From Coprobacillus sp. (GTDB taxonomy: Bacteria; Bacillota_I; Bacilli_A; RFN20; CAG-826): DNA of 64,000 nucleotides. The stretch lies in the NCBI GenBank assembly GCA_021203805.1, contig JAJQAM010000009.1, positions 38,212 through 102,211 on the forward strand. The letters run 5' to 3'. The position numbers were made by a program, and so were the translations under genes. Below the pieces are notes generated by a model. That model did not search any database. It saw only the letters and a program-made list of their open reading frames with translations, and was not told the DNA's origin. This document shows positions 31,961-42,014 of this stretch, piece after piece; the stretch's first letter is position 1, and each line of letters starts with the position of its first letter.

Positions 31961-32684
31961 TTAATTCCTTAATAACATTTATGACATCATCATAAATTGC
32001 AAGTGTACACATCTCATCGTATGAGGTTTTATCTTTATTGATAAGCACTAAGTTTTTGCCTCTGAAGTATCTAACAAATGAGGCAGCGGGATACACTCTT
32101 AAAGAGGTTCCAATAATAATCATCGTGTCGCAGGTCATAATCGCGCTTATCGCTCTACTTACTATTTCGTCATCTAGTCCTTCCTCATATAAAACCACAT
32201 CAGGCTTAATGATGCCCCCGCATTCGGCGCAACGAGGCACTCCGTCATGACTTAAAACATAGCTTAAATCATAAAACTTATGGCAGTCCTCGCAGTAGTT
32301 TCTATGGATTGACCCATGTAGCTCGTAGACTCTTTTAGATCCCGCGGCTTGATGAAGGCCGTCGATATTTTGAGTGACCACTGTCACGTTTTTGCCTTTT
32401 TTCTCAAGCGCTGCAAAATACTTATGAGCGATATTAGGCTCGGCATTAGGGAAGCACATCTTCTCTTTATAGAACTCGTAGAACTGTTTTGTATTTGCGT
32501 AGAAGAAAGAATGAGAGATTATCTCTTCCGCAGGGTAGGAGTATTTTTTGTCATTAGTGACAAAGATTCCATTAGTGCCCCTAAAGTCAGGAATCCCACT
32601 TCCAGTTGATATTCCCGCGCCAGTAAAGACCACTATTGAGCTAGCGCCTTTAATAACTTCATATAAATCATCAATCTTACTCAT
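31935..32684 (-). CDS. cobB: NAD-dependent protein deacylase, sirtuin (CobB-type)
   Basis: GAGISTGSGIPDFRG, QNIDGLH and the Zn-ribbon CEDC…CAECGG are present. Length is 249 aa. Confidence 0.8.
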   Translation of the reverse strand: MSKIDDLYEVIKGASSIVVFTGAGISTGSGIPDFRGTNGIFVTNDKKYSYPAEEIISHSFFYANTKQFYEFYKEKMCFPNAEPNIAHKYFAALEKKGKNVTVVTQNIDGLHQAAGSKRVYELHGSIHRNYCEDCHKFYDLSYVLSHDGVPRCAECGGIIKPDVVLYEEGLDDEIVSRAISAIMTCDTMIIIGTSLRVYPAASFVRYFRGKNLVLINKDKTSYDEMCTLAIYDDVINVIKELNEKDNTIL

Positions 32685-32751
32685 ATTTCCTTTTAAAATT
32701 ATAATTGATTAATTTTAAAAAAACTAACTGATTATGATATTATATTAAATT

Positions 32752-33228
32752 ATGAATACCCCGAAAAAAGATCACATCAAGATTATTTCAACAAACCGTA
32801 AAGCGAGCTTTAATTATTATCTCTCTGATTTTACGGAAGCAGGGATTGTTCTTAAAGGAACGGAAATTAAATCCCTTAGAATGCATGGGTGCAATATAAG
32901 CGACGCCTATGTTACTTTTACTAGTGACGGAATCCCTCAAATAATTAATATGCACATCGCCCCTTATGAAGAAGGTAATATCTTTAATCATGACCCCCTT
33001 AGAACTAGAGATCTTCTCCTTCATAAGAAAGAAATTCATTACTTTATGTCTAAGATTCAAAAAGAGGGCTATACCGTCGTGCCCACTAAAGTTTATTTTT
33101 CTAACGGAAAAGCTAAACTTGAGATTGCGCTAGGCAAAGGTAAAAAACTCTATGATAAGAGAGAGTCGATTAAAAAGAGAGACATTAACCGAGAAATAGA
33201 TAAGAATATGAAAGAGAAGAACAAATAA
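32752..33228 (+). CDS. smpB: SsrA-binding protein SmpB
   Basis: 158-aa protein; …ISTNRKASFNYYLSD…GIVLKGTEIKSLR… is the canonical SmpB core. Confidence 0.9.
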   Translation: MNTPKKDHIKIISTNRKASFNYYLSDFTEAGIVLKGTEIKSLRMHGCNISDAYVTFTSDGIPQIINMHIAPYEEGNIFNHDPLRTRDLLLHKKEIHYFMSKIQKEGYTVVPTKVYFSNGKAKLEIALGKGKKLYDKRESIKKRDINREIDKNMKEKNK

Positions 33229-34451
33229 TGAGGGAAGAATCACTTAGCGAATACACAAGAACCGATTATCAAATAGATAATTTCTCACAGTTTCTTAAAG
33301 CTGAGAATTTTAAGTTTACTAAGAAAGCAATTCATATTGCTGGAACAAATGGGAAGGGTTCTACAGCGAAATTCCTTTATTCTATCTATAGGGAAGCGGG
33401 ATATAATGTCGCTTTATATATGTCTCCAGCGAGAAAAGATATTAATGAAATGATCTCGATTAATGGGACTCAAATAAGCGATGATCAGATTAATAGCTAC
33501 CTCAGTCAGTATAAGAGCGAATTTAGTAAATATGATCTTTCTAAGTTTGAAATCGAAACATTCATCGCTTTCTCCTATTTTAATGAGAGCGATATTGACA
33601 TTGCGATTATAGAATGCGGTTTAGGCGGAGCGGAAGACGCTACTAACATCTTTACCCCCATTTTATCGATCATTACCTCTGTTTCCCTAGAGCATACCGA
33701 GCAGCTAGGAAGAACTAGCTCAGAAATAGCCCTTGCTAAAGCGGGAATCATTAAAGAAGGTCTTCCTTCTTTAGTGGGTAATCTTGACGATGAAGATTTA
33801 AAGGTTATTAATGATTACGCGAATAGGAAGAAAAGCGATTTCCATATATGTGGAAGATATTACCATGAAGAGTTAACTAGTGATGGCTACTCCTTTACCT
33901 ATGCCTCTTATAATAATCTAGTAATAAAGTTTCCTTCTCTATCTTCAATTCAAGACGCCTCAATTGCTATTGAAGCCGCTTTGATATTAAATGAGCAGCT
34001 ACCTGTTAGTGAAGCCAATATTAGAGATGGACTCCTCTATATGGAGCTCCCTTTAAGAATGGATGTAGTGGGTCATGACCCCCTTGTTATTATTGATGGG
34101 GCCCATAATGTTGAAGCGATTAAAAACTTAGCAACTTCAGTGGAAAAAATTGCAAATGGGCGACCAATTCATGTAATTTTTGCTTGTTTTCGTGACAAAA
34201 ATCTTGAAGGAATGCTCTCGTCTATTAACTATGTTTGTAGTGATGTCACCCTTACAACCTTCCCTCATGAAAGAGCGAGAACTGAGGATGAATATTTCTT
34301 ATATTTAGAGGAATATTCATTTGTTGAGGACTATAAGGAAATCATACAAAATAAGATATTAGAATGTCCAGATGACGTCATTCTTATTACCGGCTCACTC
34401 GCTTTTGCCTCTCTCGCTAAGGACTTATTTGACGCTCCTAAAAGTGCTTAA
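33228..34451 (+). CDS. folC: Folylpolyglutamate synthase / dihydrofolate synthase
   Basis: Mur-ligase P-loop IHIAGTNGKGST is present. Length is 407 aa. Confidence 0.8.
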   Translation: MREESLSEYTRTDYQIDNFSQFLKAENFKFTKKAIHIAGTNGKGSTAKFLYSIYREAGYNVALYMSPARKDINEMISINGTQISDDQINSYLSQYKSEFSKYDLSKFEIETFIAFSYFNESDIDIAIIECGLGGAEDATNIFTPILSIITSVSLEHTEQLGRTSSEIALAKAGIIKEGLPSLVGNLDDEDLKVINDYANRKKSDFHICGRYYHEELTSDGYSFTYASYNNLVIKFPSLSSIQDASIAIEAALILNEQLPVSEANIRDGLLYMELPLRMDVVGHDPLVIIDGAHNVEAIKNLATSVEKIANGRPIHVIFACFRDKNLEGMLSSINYVCSDVTLTTFPHERARTEDEYFLYLEEYSFVEDYKEIIQNKILECPDDVILITGSLAFASLAKDLFDAPKSA

Positions 34452-34531
34452 TTTAGAACAAATACAAATTTGTTCATAAAATGCAACCACGTACCAGTAA
34501 AAAATGATATAATTTTTTAGGTGGTGATGTT

Positions 34532-37219
34532 GTGCTTAAGTTAGAAAACGTCAAAAAAGATTATGTTGATAAAAAGCAACCCGTTGTTAACGCTTTAAAA
34601 GGCATTAACATTTCTTTTCGTTCGCATGAATTTGTTGCGATTCTTGGTCCTAGTGGATGCGGTAAGACCACTCTATTAAATGTCATCGGCGGTCTTGATC
34701 ACTATACCGATGGTGACCTCATTATTAAGGGAAAAAGCACACACGACTATGTTGAAAGAGATTGGGACACTTACCGTAACCATTCAGTTGGGTTTGTATT
34801 TCAGTCATATAATTTGATTAATCACGTTAGTGTTTTAAGAAATGTTGAGCTCGCTCTAATTATTGCCGGTGTTAGTAAGAAGGAGAGAAGAGAAAGAGCC
34901 TATGAAGCTCTTGAAAAAGTAGGTCTAAAAGGCTACGAGAAAAAGAAACCAAATCAATTAAGTGGCGGACAAGAGCAAAGAGTAGCGATTGCCCGTGCCC
35001 TTATTAATAATCCTGAGATTATTTTAGCTGATGAACCGACTGGCGCTCTTGATAGTGATAACTCTGTCCAAATCATGTCTATTCTTAAAGAGATATCTAA
35101 AGAGCATCTCGTTATCATGGTCACTCATAACCCTGACCTTGCAAGTGACTACGCCACTAGAATTGTAAAGATGTATGATGGCGAGCTTATCGATGATTCT
35201 GATCCTTATGATGATCAAGAAGAGACCTATGAAACGGAATCAGAAATTGTAGAAAATAAAGGAAATAAAGCCAGAACTAGCATGTCTTTTGGGACAGCGC
35301 TAGGTCTTTCTATTAATAACCTTTGGACTAAAAAGACACGAAGTATTCTCATAACCCTTGCGGGCTCTATAGGTATTATTGGTATCGCATTAGTCCTATC
35401 TCTTACCGCTGGCTTTAATGGTTTTATCGCCGATGTCGAGATGGGAGCGTTAAGTGCCTATCCACTGACAGTATCAAAAACTACCACTGATTTTACTAAT
35501 ATGTTTTCTGGTAGCTCATCCGGTAGTGGTGGTGGAGGAGGAGAATCCTCAGATGAAGAAACCGAAAAGGAAGGCGATGTCACCGAAGAGGGAACGTTCT
35601 CTTATATAGTGACTCTCTTTGGCAGAGCCCATGTTACTAGTGACACTAAGATGTTTAAGGAATTCCTTGAACTTGATTCCACGATGGAAAAATATGGTGA
35701 TGACATAAATGCTATTCAGTATTCCTACGGAATAGGTCAGGAAATATACTCTAATTATAATGATGAATTCGTTAGAGCATACCCCTGTGATTTAGGTAGG
35801 GGCGATCATAGTGAATACACACCTGAACAAGAAGGCTATATTGAGCGATACGCCGCCTATTTTGATAGCGTGTTTGAAGACCTCACAATTTATGAAGAGT
35901 TAATCCCTAATAACGACTATGATAATTATCCAAATCAAGAATATAACAAGATAGTTGACGACCAGTATGAACTCGTCTATGGCAGGATGCCGAAAAGCTA
36001 CGACGAAGTAGCTATTGTAACAAGTGAAAATGATACACTTGGAGACCATCAATTAATTTGCATGGGACTAAAATCTCCGCAAAACCTAATGGAAAAATTT
36101 ATTAATTCCACTACATCTAATGTTGTTTTTGAGCACGTTACCCCTAATCATGAGTTTGCAATGGACTATGAAGAACTCTGTAATGTTGAGTTCCTTGTCC
36201 CTATGCAGTATCGCTTATATGACTTTGTGGAAGACGATGGGGATGTCGAAGAAGGAGAGCTTGGCGGCCACTATGAAAAAAAGAGCGGCGAGGCTCTTGA
36301 AGACGCTGTTTTAAATAGTGAAGATACCCTCACTCTTAAAGTCTCGGGAATAATTAAACCAAAGCCAGGAAATACGATGTCCTTAATCTCTGGCTCAGTT
36401 GCTTATCTCCCTTCTCTTACTGACTATCTTATTGACTCTGCAGTTAATAGCGGATCTGTTCCAGGCTATGAAACCGAAAAGACCAACGTTATTCTCGCTC
36501 AGCAAAATCATCCTGAATATAATGTCCTATCGGGAATGGAAGACGCTGATACTGCCGCCTCTAATCTCCTTACCTTTGGAGCGGCGGATAAGAGTGATCC
36601 AGAATCTATCTACATCTACACAAAAGATTTTGATAGTAAGGACCACCTCGCTAGCATGTTTGATGATTATGAAGTTTATCTAGGCGATAAGTATGACGCG
36701 GAATACGGCGAAGAGGGAACAGTTGAGGGCAGGCTTGCTTATATAAACGAGCATAACGTCGCCGCAACTGATTCAGTTTCATCTTTACTTGGCAGCGTTG
36801 AAACTATTGTCGACGCTATTTCCTATGTTTTAATCGCAATTATAGCGATATCCCTAGTGGTGTCTTGTGTCATGATTGGTGTTATTACCTATGTGAGCGT
36901 CCTTGAAAGATCTAAGGAGATAGGCATTTTGCGCGCTATGGGCGCTCGAAGAGTGGATATCTCTAATGTTTTCAATGCGGAAACATTCATTATAGGACTG
37001 TTCGCTGGTATTATCGGTGTCTTGCTGGGTCTATTAATAGACCTACCGATTATGTTTGTGATTAATCGTTTCTTATCGATTGGTATGAGAGTTATTCTTC
37101 CTTGGTATTGGGGACTACTCTTACCAGTGATATCCTTTGTGCTTACTCTTATTTCAGGACTTATCCCTGCAACGATTGCCTCAAGAAGGGATCCCGCAGT
37201 GGTTTTAAGAAGCGAGTAA
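34532..37219 (+). CDS. Fused MacB-type ABC transporter (N-terminal ATPase plus FtsX-fold permease) with an unusually large (~480-aa) extracytoplasmic domain
   Basis: It has a GTG start with an AGGTGG RBS. Walker [10 protein letters not shown], signature LSGGQEQR and Walker B ILADEP are present. There is a TM helix around aa 270, then a long domain containing a Gly/Ser-rich linker and acidic stretches. It ends with three C-terminal TM helices and the FtsX-family region …[19 protein letters not shown]…. Confidence 0.75.
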   Translation: MLKLENVKKDYVDKKQPVVNALKGINISFRSHEFVAILGPSGCGKTTLLNVIGGLDHYTDGDLIIKGKSTHDYVERDWDTYRNHSVGFVFQSYNLINHVSVLRNVELALIIAGVSKKERRERAYEALEKVGLKGYEKKKPNQLSGGQEQRVAIARALINNPEIILADEPTGALDSDNSVQIMSILKEISKEHLVIMVTHNPDLASDYATRIVKMYDGELIDDSDPYDDQEETYETESEIVENKGNKARTSMSFGTALGLSINNLWTKKTRSILITLAGSIGIIGIALVLSLTAGFNGFIADVEMGALSAYPLTVSKTTTDFTNMFSGSSSGSGGGGGESSDEETEKEGDVTEEGTFSYIVTLFGRAHVTSDTKMFKEFLELDSTMEKYGDDINAIQYSYGIGQEIYSNYNDEFVRAYPCDLGRGDHSEYTPEQEGYIERYAAYFDSVFEDLTIYEELIPNNDYDNYPNQEYNKIVDDQYELVYGRMPKSYDEVAIVTSENDTLGDHQLICMGLKSPQNLMEKFINSTTSNVVFEHVTPNHEFAMDYEELCNVEFLVPMQYRLYDFVEDDGDVEEGELGGHYEKKSGEALEDAVLNSEDTLTLKVSGIIKPKPGNTMSLISGSVAYLPSLTDYLIDSAVNSGSVPGYETEKTNVILAQQNHPEYNVLSGMEDADTAASNLLTFGAADKSDPESIYIYTKDFDSKDHLASMFDDYEVYLGDKYDAEYGEEGTVEGRLAYINEHNVAATDSVSSLLGSVETIVDAISYVLIAIIAISLVVSCVMIGVITYVSVLERSKEIGILRAMGARRVDISNVFNAETFIIGLFAGIIGVLLGLLIDLPIMFVINRFLSIGMRVILPWYWGLLLPVISFVLTLISGLIPATIASRRDPAVVLRSE

Positions 37220-37297
37220 TGATTTTATAATTCTTTATTGAAAAGAATTGTAAATTATAGTATATTCTAAAATGCTATAGTTAAGATGGAGGCTAGA

Positions 37298-37444
37298 ATG
37301 AGAGAAAAAGTTATTTTGATTTGCTCTGAATGCCTCTCAAGAAACTATTCCACTGAAATAGATATGTCAAAGCAGAAAAGCCTTACATTCAATAAGTATT
37401 GTCCAGTATGTAAAAAACATACTGTTCACAAAATAAGTAAGTAA
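37298..37444 (+). CDS. rpmG: 50S ribosomal protein L33
   Basis: 48-aa [51 protein letters not shown] with the C4 zinc-ribbon. An AGATGGAGG RBS lies upstream. It sits immediately upstream of secE-nusG and is not in the ORF track, which lists nothing under 60 aa. Confidence 0.8.
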   Translation: MREKVILICSECLSRNYSTEIDMSKQKSLTFNKYCPVCKKHTVHKISK

Positions 37445-37460
37445 ACTAGGAGGAATTAAG

Positions 37461-37700
37461 ATGGGTCTTAAGAGTTATGCTCAAGGCGTCGTAAAAGAAG
37501 GAAGAAGAGTGCGTTGGCCAAAACGTGATGTTTTAGTGCCCGCAATTATTGTCGTTATCGTTATTATTGTCATTGCTTCCCTTGTTTTATTCTTTGAAGA
37601 CTGGCTTGGTAATACCCTCCTTCAAGCTATTGATAATTCCTTCGGAATTCTAGAAGAGGTCGTTGAAGACGTTGAAGAAGTCGCCGAAGAGGTCATATAA
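37461..37700 (+). CDS. secE: Preprotein translocase subunit SecE
   Basis: Single-TM 79-aa protein (…VRWPKRDVLVPAIIVVIVIIVIASLVLF…) in the conserved position before nusG. Confidence 0.8.
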   Translation: MGLKSYAQGVVKEGRRVRWPKRDVLVPAIIVVIVIIVIASLVLFFEDWLGNTLLQAIDNSFGILEEVVEDVEEVAEEVI

Positions 37701-37711
37701 GGTAGAGAGAA

Positions 37712-38416
37712 ATGATTGAAGAAGAGCGTCCAGTTACGAGTGAAGAAGAGTCTCCCGTTACTTCTAGTGAAGTAAATGAGGATTCACTTGAAGGCAAGGA
37801 TATTGATCCTAATCTTTTAACTGTCACTGATTCCTCTACAGATGAATCTCTAGGCAAAGGTCCTTCTCAGGTCGTTGGTGAAAAGGCCTGGTTTGTCGTG
37901 ACTGCGTATTCCACTCACGAAGCTAAAGTGAGAGAGAACATCATCAAGAGAATGAACTCTATGGGCGCGGGCGATTTGCTCTTCCGTACATTCGTTGGTG
38001 AGGTTCCCGTTCCAGTGATGAAAAATGGTCAGCCCACCGGAAAAACGAAAATGAAAAATATCTATCCTTCCTACATCTTCGTGGAGATGATTATGACCGA
38101 TAGAACTTGGTATATCATTCGTAACACTCCAGGTGTTACTGGATTCGTTGGTAGTAGTGGTAAGGGAACAAAACCATTCCCAGTTCCTCGTGAGCAGATG
38201 GAGCCAGTCCTTAAGAGAATGGGCATCATTGATGATTCAATGTTTGACTTCTATAAGGTTGGCGACACAGTGAAAATTATCTCCGGTCCATTTGAAAATA
38301 CCGAGGGAGAAATCTTATCAATTGATAAAGAAACCTCGCAAATCGAAGTCCAAATTTACTTTTTCGGGCGTCCAAGCGTGGCCACTGTCTCCTTTGCAGA
38401 AATCGAAAAAGAGTAA
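37712..38416 (+). CDS. nusG: Transcription termination/antitermination factor NusG, with a ~60-aa acidic/Ser-rich N-terminal extension
   Basis: NGN domain (KAWFVVTAYSTHEAKV…) and C-terminal KOW (…GDTVKIISGPFENTEGEIL…) are present. Length is 234 aa versus ~180 typical. Confidence 0.85.
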   Translation: MIEEERPVTSEEESPVTSSEVNEDSLEGKDIDPNLLTVTDSSTDESLGKGPSQVVGEKAWFVVTAYSTHEAKVRENIIKRMNSMGAGDLLFRTFVGEVPVPVMKNGQPTGKTKMKNIYPSYIFVEMIMTDRTWYIIRNTPGVTGFVGSSGKGTKPFPVPREQMEPVLKRMGIIDDSMFDFYKVGDTVKIISGPFENTEGEILSIDKETSQIEVQIYFFGRPSVATVSFAEIEKE

Positions 38417-38432
38417 TTCATATAAACCAATT

Positions 38433-38470
38433 AAAAAGAGAGGCTCGTGTCTCTCTTTTTTTATTTTTTG
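38433..38470. terminator. Bidirectional rho-independent terminator (nusG on +, trkA on -)
   Basis: aaaagagag-gctcgtgt-ctctctttttttatttttt. Confidence 0.6.
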
Positions 38471-38490
38471 CAGGATTTTTTAAAGGGATA

Positions 38491-39174
38491 TTATTCCTGT
38501 TTTTTATGCTTTTTGCTATTAAGGAACTCTCCAAAATCCCTAATGTCTTTACTTGTTCCAACGACGTATAAAAGGTCATCTGGAAGGAGTGAATCGTTTC
38601 CTCCTGGGACAAAGGACTTGCCGTTTCTAATGATAAGAACAAGGGACACACCATACTTATTTTTAGTGTCAAGATTTCTAATTGGCATAGGAACGAATCC
38701 AGGGTTAACTTCAATCGAAACGACTGAGTATTTACTATCGAGTTTATAGTAGTCTTTATAGTCATCATGACCGAGTCTATTGGCGAGATCGATACCCGCG
38801 CTTCGCTGAGGGGAAACAATCTCGGTCGCTCCAACTTTTCTTAGGATTGGGATGTAGTGATCATCGTCTACTCTGACGATGATGTGCTTAATCTTAAATT
38901 CGCTGAGAATAATGGTGCAGACAATAGTTTGCTCAATGCTAATACCAAAGGCCACTATTGCGGTGTCAACTTCATTGATGCCGAGCTCTCTAAGCCCTTT
39001 TTCATCAGTAAAATTCGCCACGAAAGCAGTGTCAAGAATTGGAGCAATCCTCTCCACATTCTCGCTTTCACTATCAATCGCAATGACATCCATTCCGAGA
39101 TTAGTGAGCTCAACCGCTAGGGAATAACCAAATTCTCCTAGTCCAATAACGGCAAATGATTTCTTTTTAGGCAT
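38491..39174 (-). CDS. ktrA: Potassium uptake protein, NAD-binding peripheral subunit (TrkA/KtrA)
   Basis: TrkA-N Rossmann motif IGLGEFGYSLA is present. Length is 227 aa. Confidence 0.8.
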   Translation of the reverse strand: MPKKKSFAVIGLGEFGYSLAVELTNLGMDVIAIDSESENVERIAPILDTAFVANFTDEKGLRELGINEVDTAIVAFGISIEQTIVCTIILSEFKIKHIIVRVDDDHYIPILRKVGATEIVSPQRSAGIDLANRLGHDDYKDYYKLDSKYSVVSIEVNPGFVPMPIRNLDTKNKYGVSLVLIIRNGKSFVPGGNDSLLPDDLLYVVGTSKDIRDFGEFLNSKKHKKQE

Positions 39175-39194
39175 ATTAAATTACCTCCTTTATA

Positions 39195-40622
39195 TTAACC
39201 GATTAAGATATTGGCTTCAACAACGTCATAATGCGAGTCTTCTTCTTTATTTAAATCTCTATTAAAGACCTGGAAGACAGTAACAGGTCCAATTCTGCCA
39301 AGGAACATAACAATACAAAGTGTTATCTTACTACCAGTAGAAAGAGTGGGTGTAATCCCTGTAGAGAGCCCGCATGTTCCAAAGGCGGAGAATACTTCAA
39401 ATAGAATATTTGAAGCGGATATTTCTTCTACCTCGTCAGCGGTTTCAGGCGTTATCCCGCTTGCGGCCCTCTCAAATGAATCCACCGCGATAAATCCGAT
39501 AATAATAATGATAACCGAGAGAATAATAAGCATCATCGCTCTAATCACGCTTTTATCGGAATACTTTCTATCAAAGGATTCAATCTTCTTTCCTTGTAGT
39601 GTTCTAACAATCGCTAGGGCAATCAGATAGATAGTGGTTACTTTAATTCCTCCAGCGGTGCTAAGAGGAGATCCTCCAATAAACATGAGGATACAAGATA
39701 TCACTCTTCCGGACATTGTTATTTGGTCCTGACTGTAGGTTGCAAATCCCGCGGTTCTACAAGTGACAGATTGGAAGAGACACTGCATCACTGTCATGTT
39801 CCCTCCTAGGCAATCTGTTAGTAAGAAGATAGCAAAACCGCCGGCGAGTAATACTCCACTTGTGCACATGATAATCTTATTTAAAACTCTATTTCTTCTT
39901 CTTGTTTTCTTAAAGGTAAATAGATCAGTAAGAACAAGAAATGAGATACCGCCGATAACTATAAGAAACATTGTTACAAACTGTAAATAAATGTATGCCC
40001 AATTAGCAATACTATCAATTATCCCCCCTAAACCTCGGATATATGATGTATTTCCTAATATATCAAACCCTGCATTACAAAAGGAGGAAACCGACTGGAA
40101 TATAGAGGTCCATATAGCGCTACTTAAATCTCCTGGATACATTAAGTAGAATACTGGAAAGAGAAGAATTGCTCCTATTAGCTCAATCGTAAGAGAGATG
40201 ACAACAATGTTACGAACATACCTTACCATCGTGCCCATACTATTAGCATTTACCGCTTGAGCGAGTAAGTACCTATTTCTCATTTGCATCCTTCTTCTAA
40301 AGAGTGTTACTACAAAGGTTAGTAGGGTAATAAATGAAATACCGCCAACCTCTATCATGATGAGGATAACAAGTTGTCCCCAGAAGTTATAGATAGCAAC
40401 AATTCCGTCTGCATAAGAGACGAGTCCAGTCACACAGGTGGCGCTGACCGCAGTGAAAAGATCGTCCATAAAGCTATCTCCCCAATCGCCGCTATTTCTA
40501 AATGGCGGAGTGTATAGTAAAACCGCTCCGATAAAGATTATCGCTACGAATGAGAGAATTACTAGTAAGTAAGGAGAGATAACGCTCTTATTTTTACTTC
40601 TTTGTCGTTTCACATCGGCCAT
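39195..40622 (-). CDS. ktrB: Potassium transporter membrane subunit (TrkH/KtrB family)
   Basis: 475-aa polytopic protein with repeated M-P-M selectivity-filter-like segments (…TAGF…, …TCGLSTG…). Confidence 0.8.
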   Translation of the reverse strand: MADVKRQRSKNKSVISPYLLVILSFVAIIFIGAVLLYTPPFRNSGDWGDSFMDDLFTAVSATCVTGLVSYADGIVAIYNFWGQLVILIMIEVGGISFITLLTFVVTLFRRRMQMRNRYLLAQAVNANSMGTMVRYVRNIVVISLTIELIGAILLFPVFYLMYPGDLSSAIWTSIFQSVSSFCNAGFDILGNTSYIRGLGGIIDSIANWAYIYLQFVTMFLIVIGGISFLVLTDLFTFKKTRRRNRVLNKIIMCTSGVLLAGGFAIFLLTDCLGGNMTVMQCLFQSVTCRTAGFATYSQDQITMSGRVISCILMFIGGSPLSTAGGIKVTTIYLIALAIVRTLQGKKIESFDRKYSDKSVIRAMMLIILSVIIIIIGFIAVDSFERAASGITPETADEVEEISASNILFEVFSAFGTCGLSTGITPTLSTGSKITLCIVMFLGRIGPVTVFQVFNRDLNKEEDSHYDVVEANILIG

Positions 40623-40807
40623 ATATAATGCAATTGTATCAGCATGACCCTCTAATTGCCGATAAATATCATTGTCATTTTGCTATTTACTTGCAAGAAA
40701 AATTGAATTTTTCTTATTTGAAATATTTTTTTATTACTTTGTAATAAAATAATTAGGGCTCATAAAATATTTCTTGACCAAATATGTAATATTTGATAGT
40801 CTACTTC

Positions 40808-40877
40808 TTGCATGCTGCAATCGCATGCATATGCGTATGCATAAGTGGGAGAGTGTTGATTTTCACTCTATTACCAC
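40808..40877. promoter_or_regulatory. Divergent ktrB/rplK control region: tandem ATGCAT-type hexamer/palindrome array plus a stem-loop
   Basis: ttgcatgctgcaatcgc-ATGCAT-ATGCGT-ATGCAT-aag, followed by the gtgg-gagagtg-ttgatttt-cactct-atta-ccac hairpin. Confidence 0.4.
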
Positions 40878-40914
40878 AAGCGCGACTAAATCTAGATAAA
40901 GGAGGAATCGTCAC

Positions 40915-41328
40915 GTGAGTAAAAAAATCGCTAAGGTGATTAAACTCGAACTTGATGGTGGGGAAGCCAAACCAGGACCAAAACTTGCCTCTGCCGGTAT
41001 TAACATGGCAAAGTTCTGTACCGACTTCAACGCCCGAACCGCTGATAGGAGAGGGGAAATAGTTCCTGTTCTAATTACCGCCTACGAAGACAAATCTTAT
41101 GACTTCGAGGTAAAAACATCTCCAGTAGCGCCTTTACTACTTAAAGCGGCTGGACTTAAGAAAGGCTCTAGCAATGCTCGCACAACTAAGGTTGGCTCCA
41201 TTACCACCGCTCAGCTAAGAGAAATTGCAGAGTACAAAATGCCAGATCTCAACTGTAATGATGTTGAGGCGGCTATGAAGGTCATTGAGGGTAGTGCTAA
41301 GCAAATGGGCATTACTATCAAGGACTAA
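40915..41328 (+). CDS. rplK: 50S ribosomal protein L11
   Basis: GTG start with an AAAGGAGGA RBS. MSKKIAKVIKLELDGGEAKPGP…FNARTA… is canonical L11. Confidence 0.9.
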   Translation: MSKKIAKVIKLELDGGEAKPGPKLASAGINMAKFCTDFNARTADRRGEIVPVLITAYEDKSYDFEVKTSPVAPLLLKAAGLKKGSSNARTTKVGSITTAQLREIAEYKMPDLNCNDVEAAMKVIEGSAKQMGITIKD

Positions 41329-41339
41329 GAGGCTAGTGT

Positions 41340-42014
41340 ATGAAAAGAAGTAAAAACTACAAAGCTAGCCAAGCCTTAATTGAAAAAGGCAAAGTCTATT
41401 CCATAAGTGAGGCCTGCGAGCTCGTTAAACAAACATCAAAAGAGAAATTTGATGCCACTGTGGACGTCTCCTTCCATCTCAATGTCGATCCAAAGCAAGC
41501 AGATCAACAGATTAGAGGAACTCTCTCCTTACCTCACGGAAACGGAAAAACCAAAAAGGTCCTTGCGATTACTGACAAAGTAGAGGAAGCCACTCAAGCA
41601 GGAGCGGATTTCGTCGGTGGGCAAGAGATGCTTGAAAAAATTCAAAAGGAAAACTGGTTTGATTACGATGTAATCGTGGCCACTCCTAACATGATGGGAG
41701 AGCTTGGTAAGTTAGGCCGACTCCTTGGTCCTAAGGGACTTATGCCTAACCCCAAGACTGGAACTGTCTCTCAGGAGATTGGGAAAGCGATTACCGAAAT
41801 CAAAGGCGGACGTATTGAGTATCGTGTCGACCGTACTGGTAATATGCACCTCTCAATTGCTCGTGTTTCCTTTCCCGCCTCAGATATTGAGGAAAACCTC
41901 CAGGCGGTCCTAGATGCTTTGTATAAAGCAAGACCAGCAGCGGTTAAGGGTACCTTTATTAAGAACGCTGTCATCCACACGACCATGGGTCCAGCTATTA
42001 AGTTCCAAGCGTAA
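41340..42014 (+). CDS. rplA: 50S ribosomal protein L1
   Basis: 224-aa protein with …GKVYSISEACELVK…FDATVDVSFHLNVDPK…. Confidence 0.9.
   Translation: MKRSKNYKASQALIEKGKVYSISEACELVKQTSKEKFDATVDVSFHLNVDPKQADQQIRGTLSLPHGNGKTKKVLAITDKVEEATQAGADFVGGQEMLEKIQKENWFDYDVIVATPNMMGELGKLGRLLGPKGLMPNPKTGTVSQEIGKAITEIKGGRIEYRVDRTGNMHLSIARVSFPASDIEENLQAVLDALYKARPAAVKGTFIKNAVIHTTMGPAIKFQA

Noticed and set aside
31935-32684. Sir2-domain protein as a defence (Thoeris ThsA / DSR-like) effector
   Set aside because: It is 249 aa with the sirtuin Zn-ribbon (CxxC…CxxC) and the canonical GAGISTGSGIPDFRG motif, and no extra SLOG/TIR/Macro domains. It is housekeeping CobB-type deacylase architecture.
30480-32684. Phosphatase, HAD and sirtuin as a candidate signalling or defence operon
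   Set aside because: Each protein is a minimal single-domain housekeeping-type enzyme. The adjacency is plausible metabolic clustering. There are no nuclease, ATPase or sensor domains.
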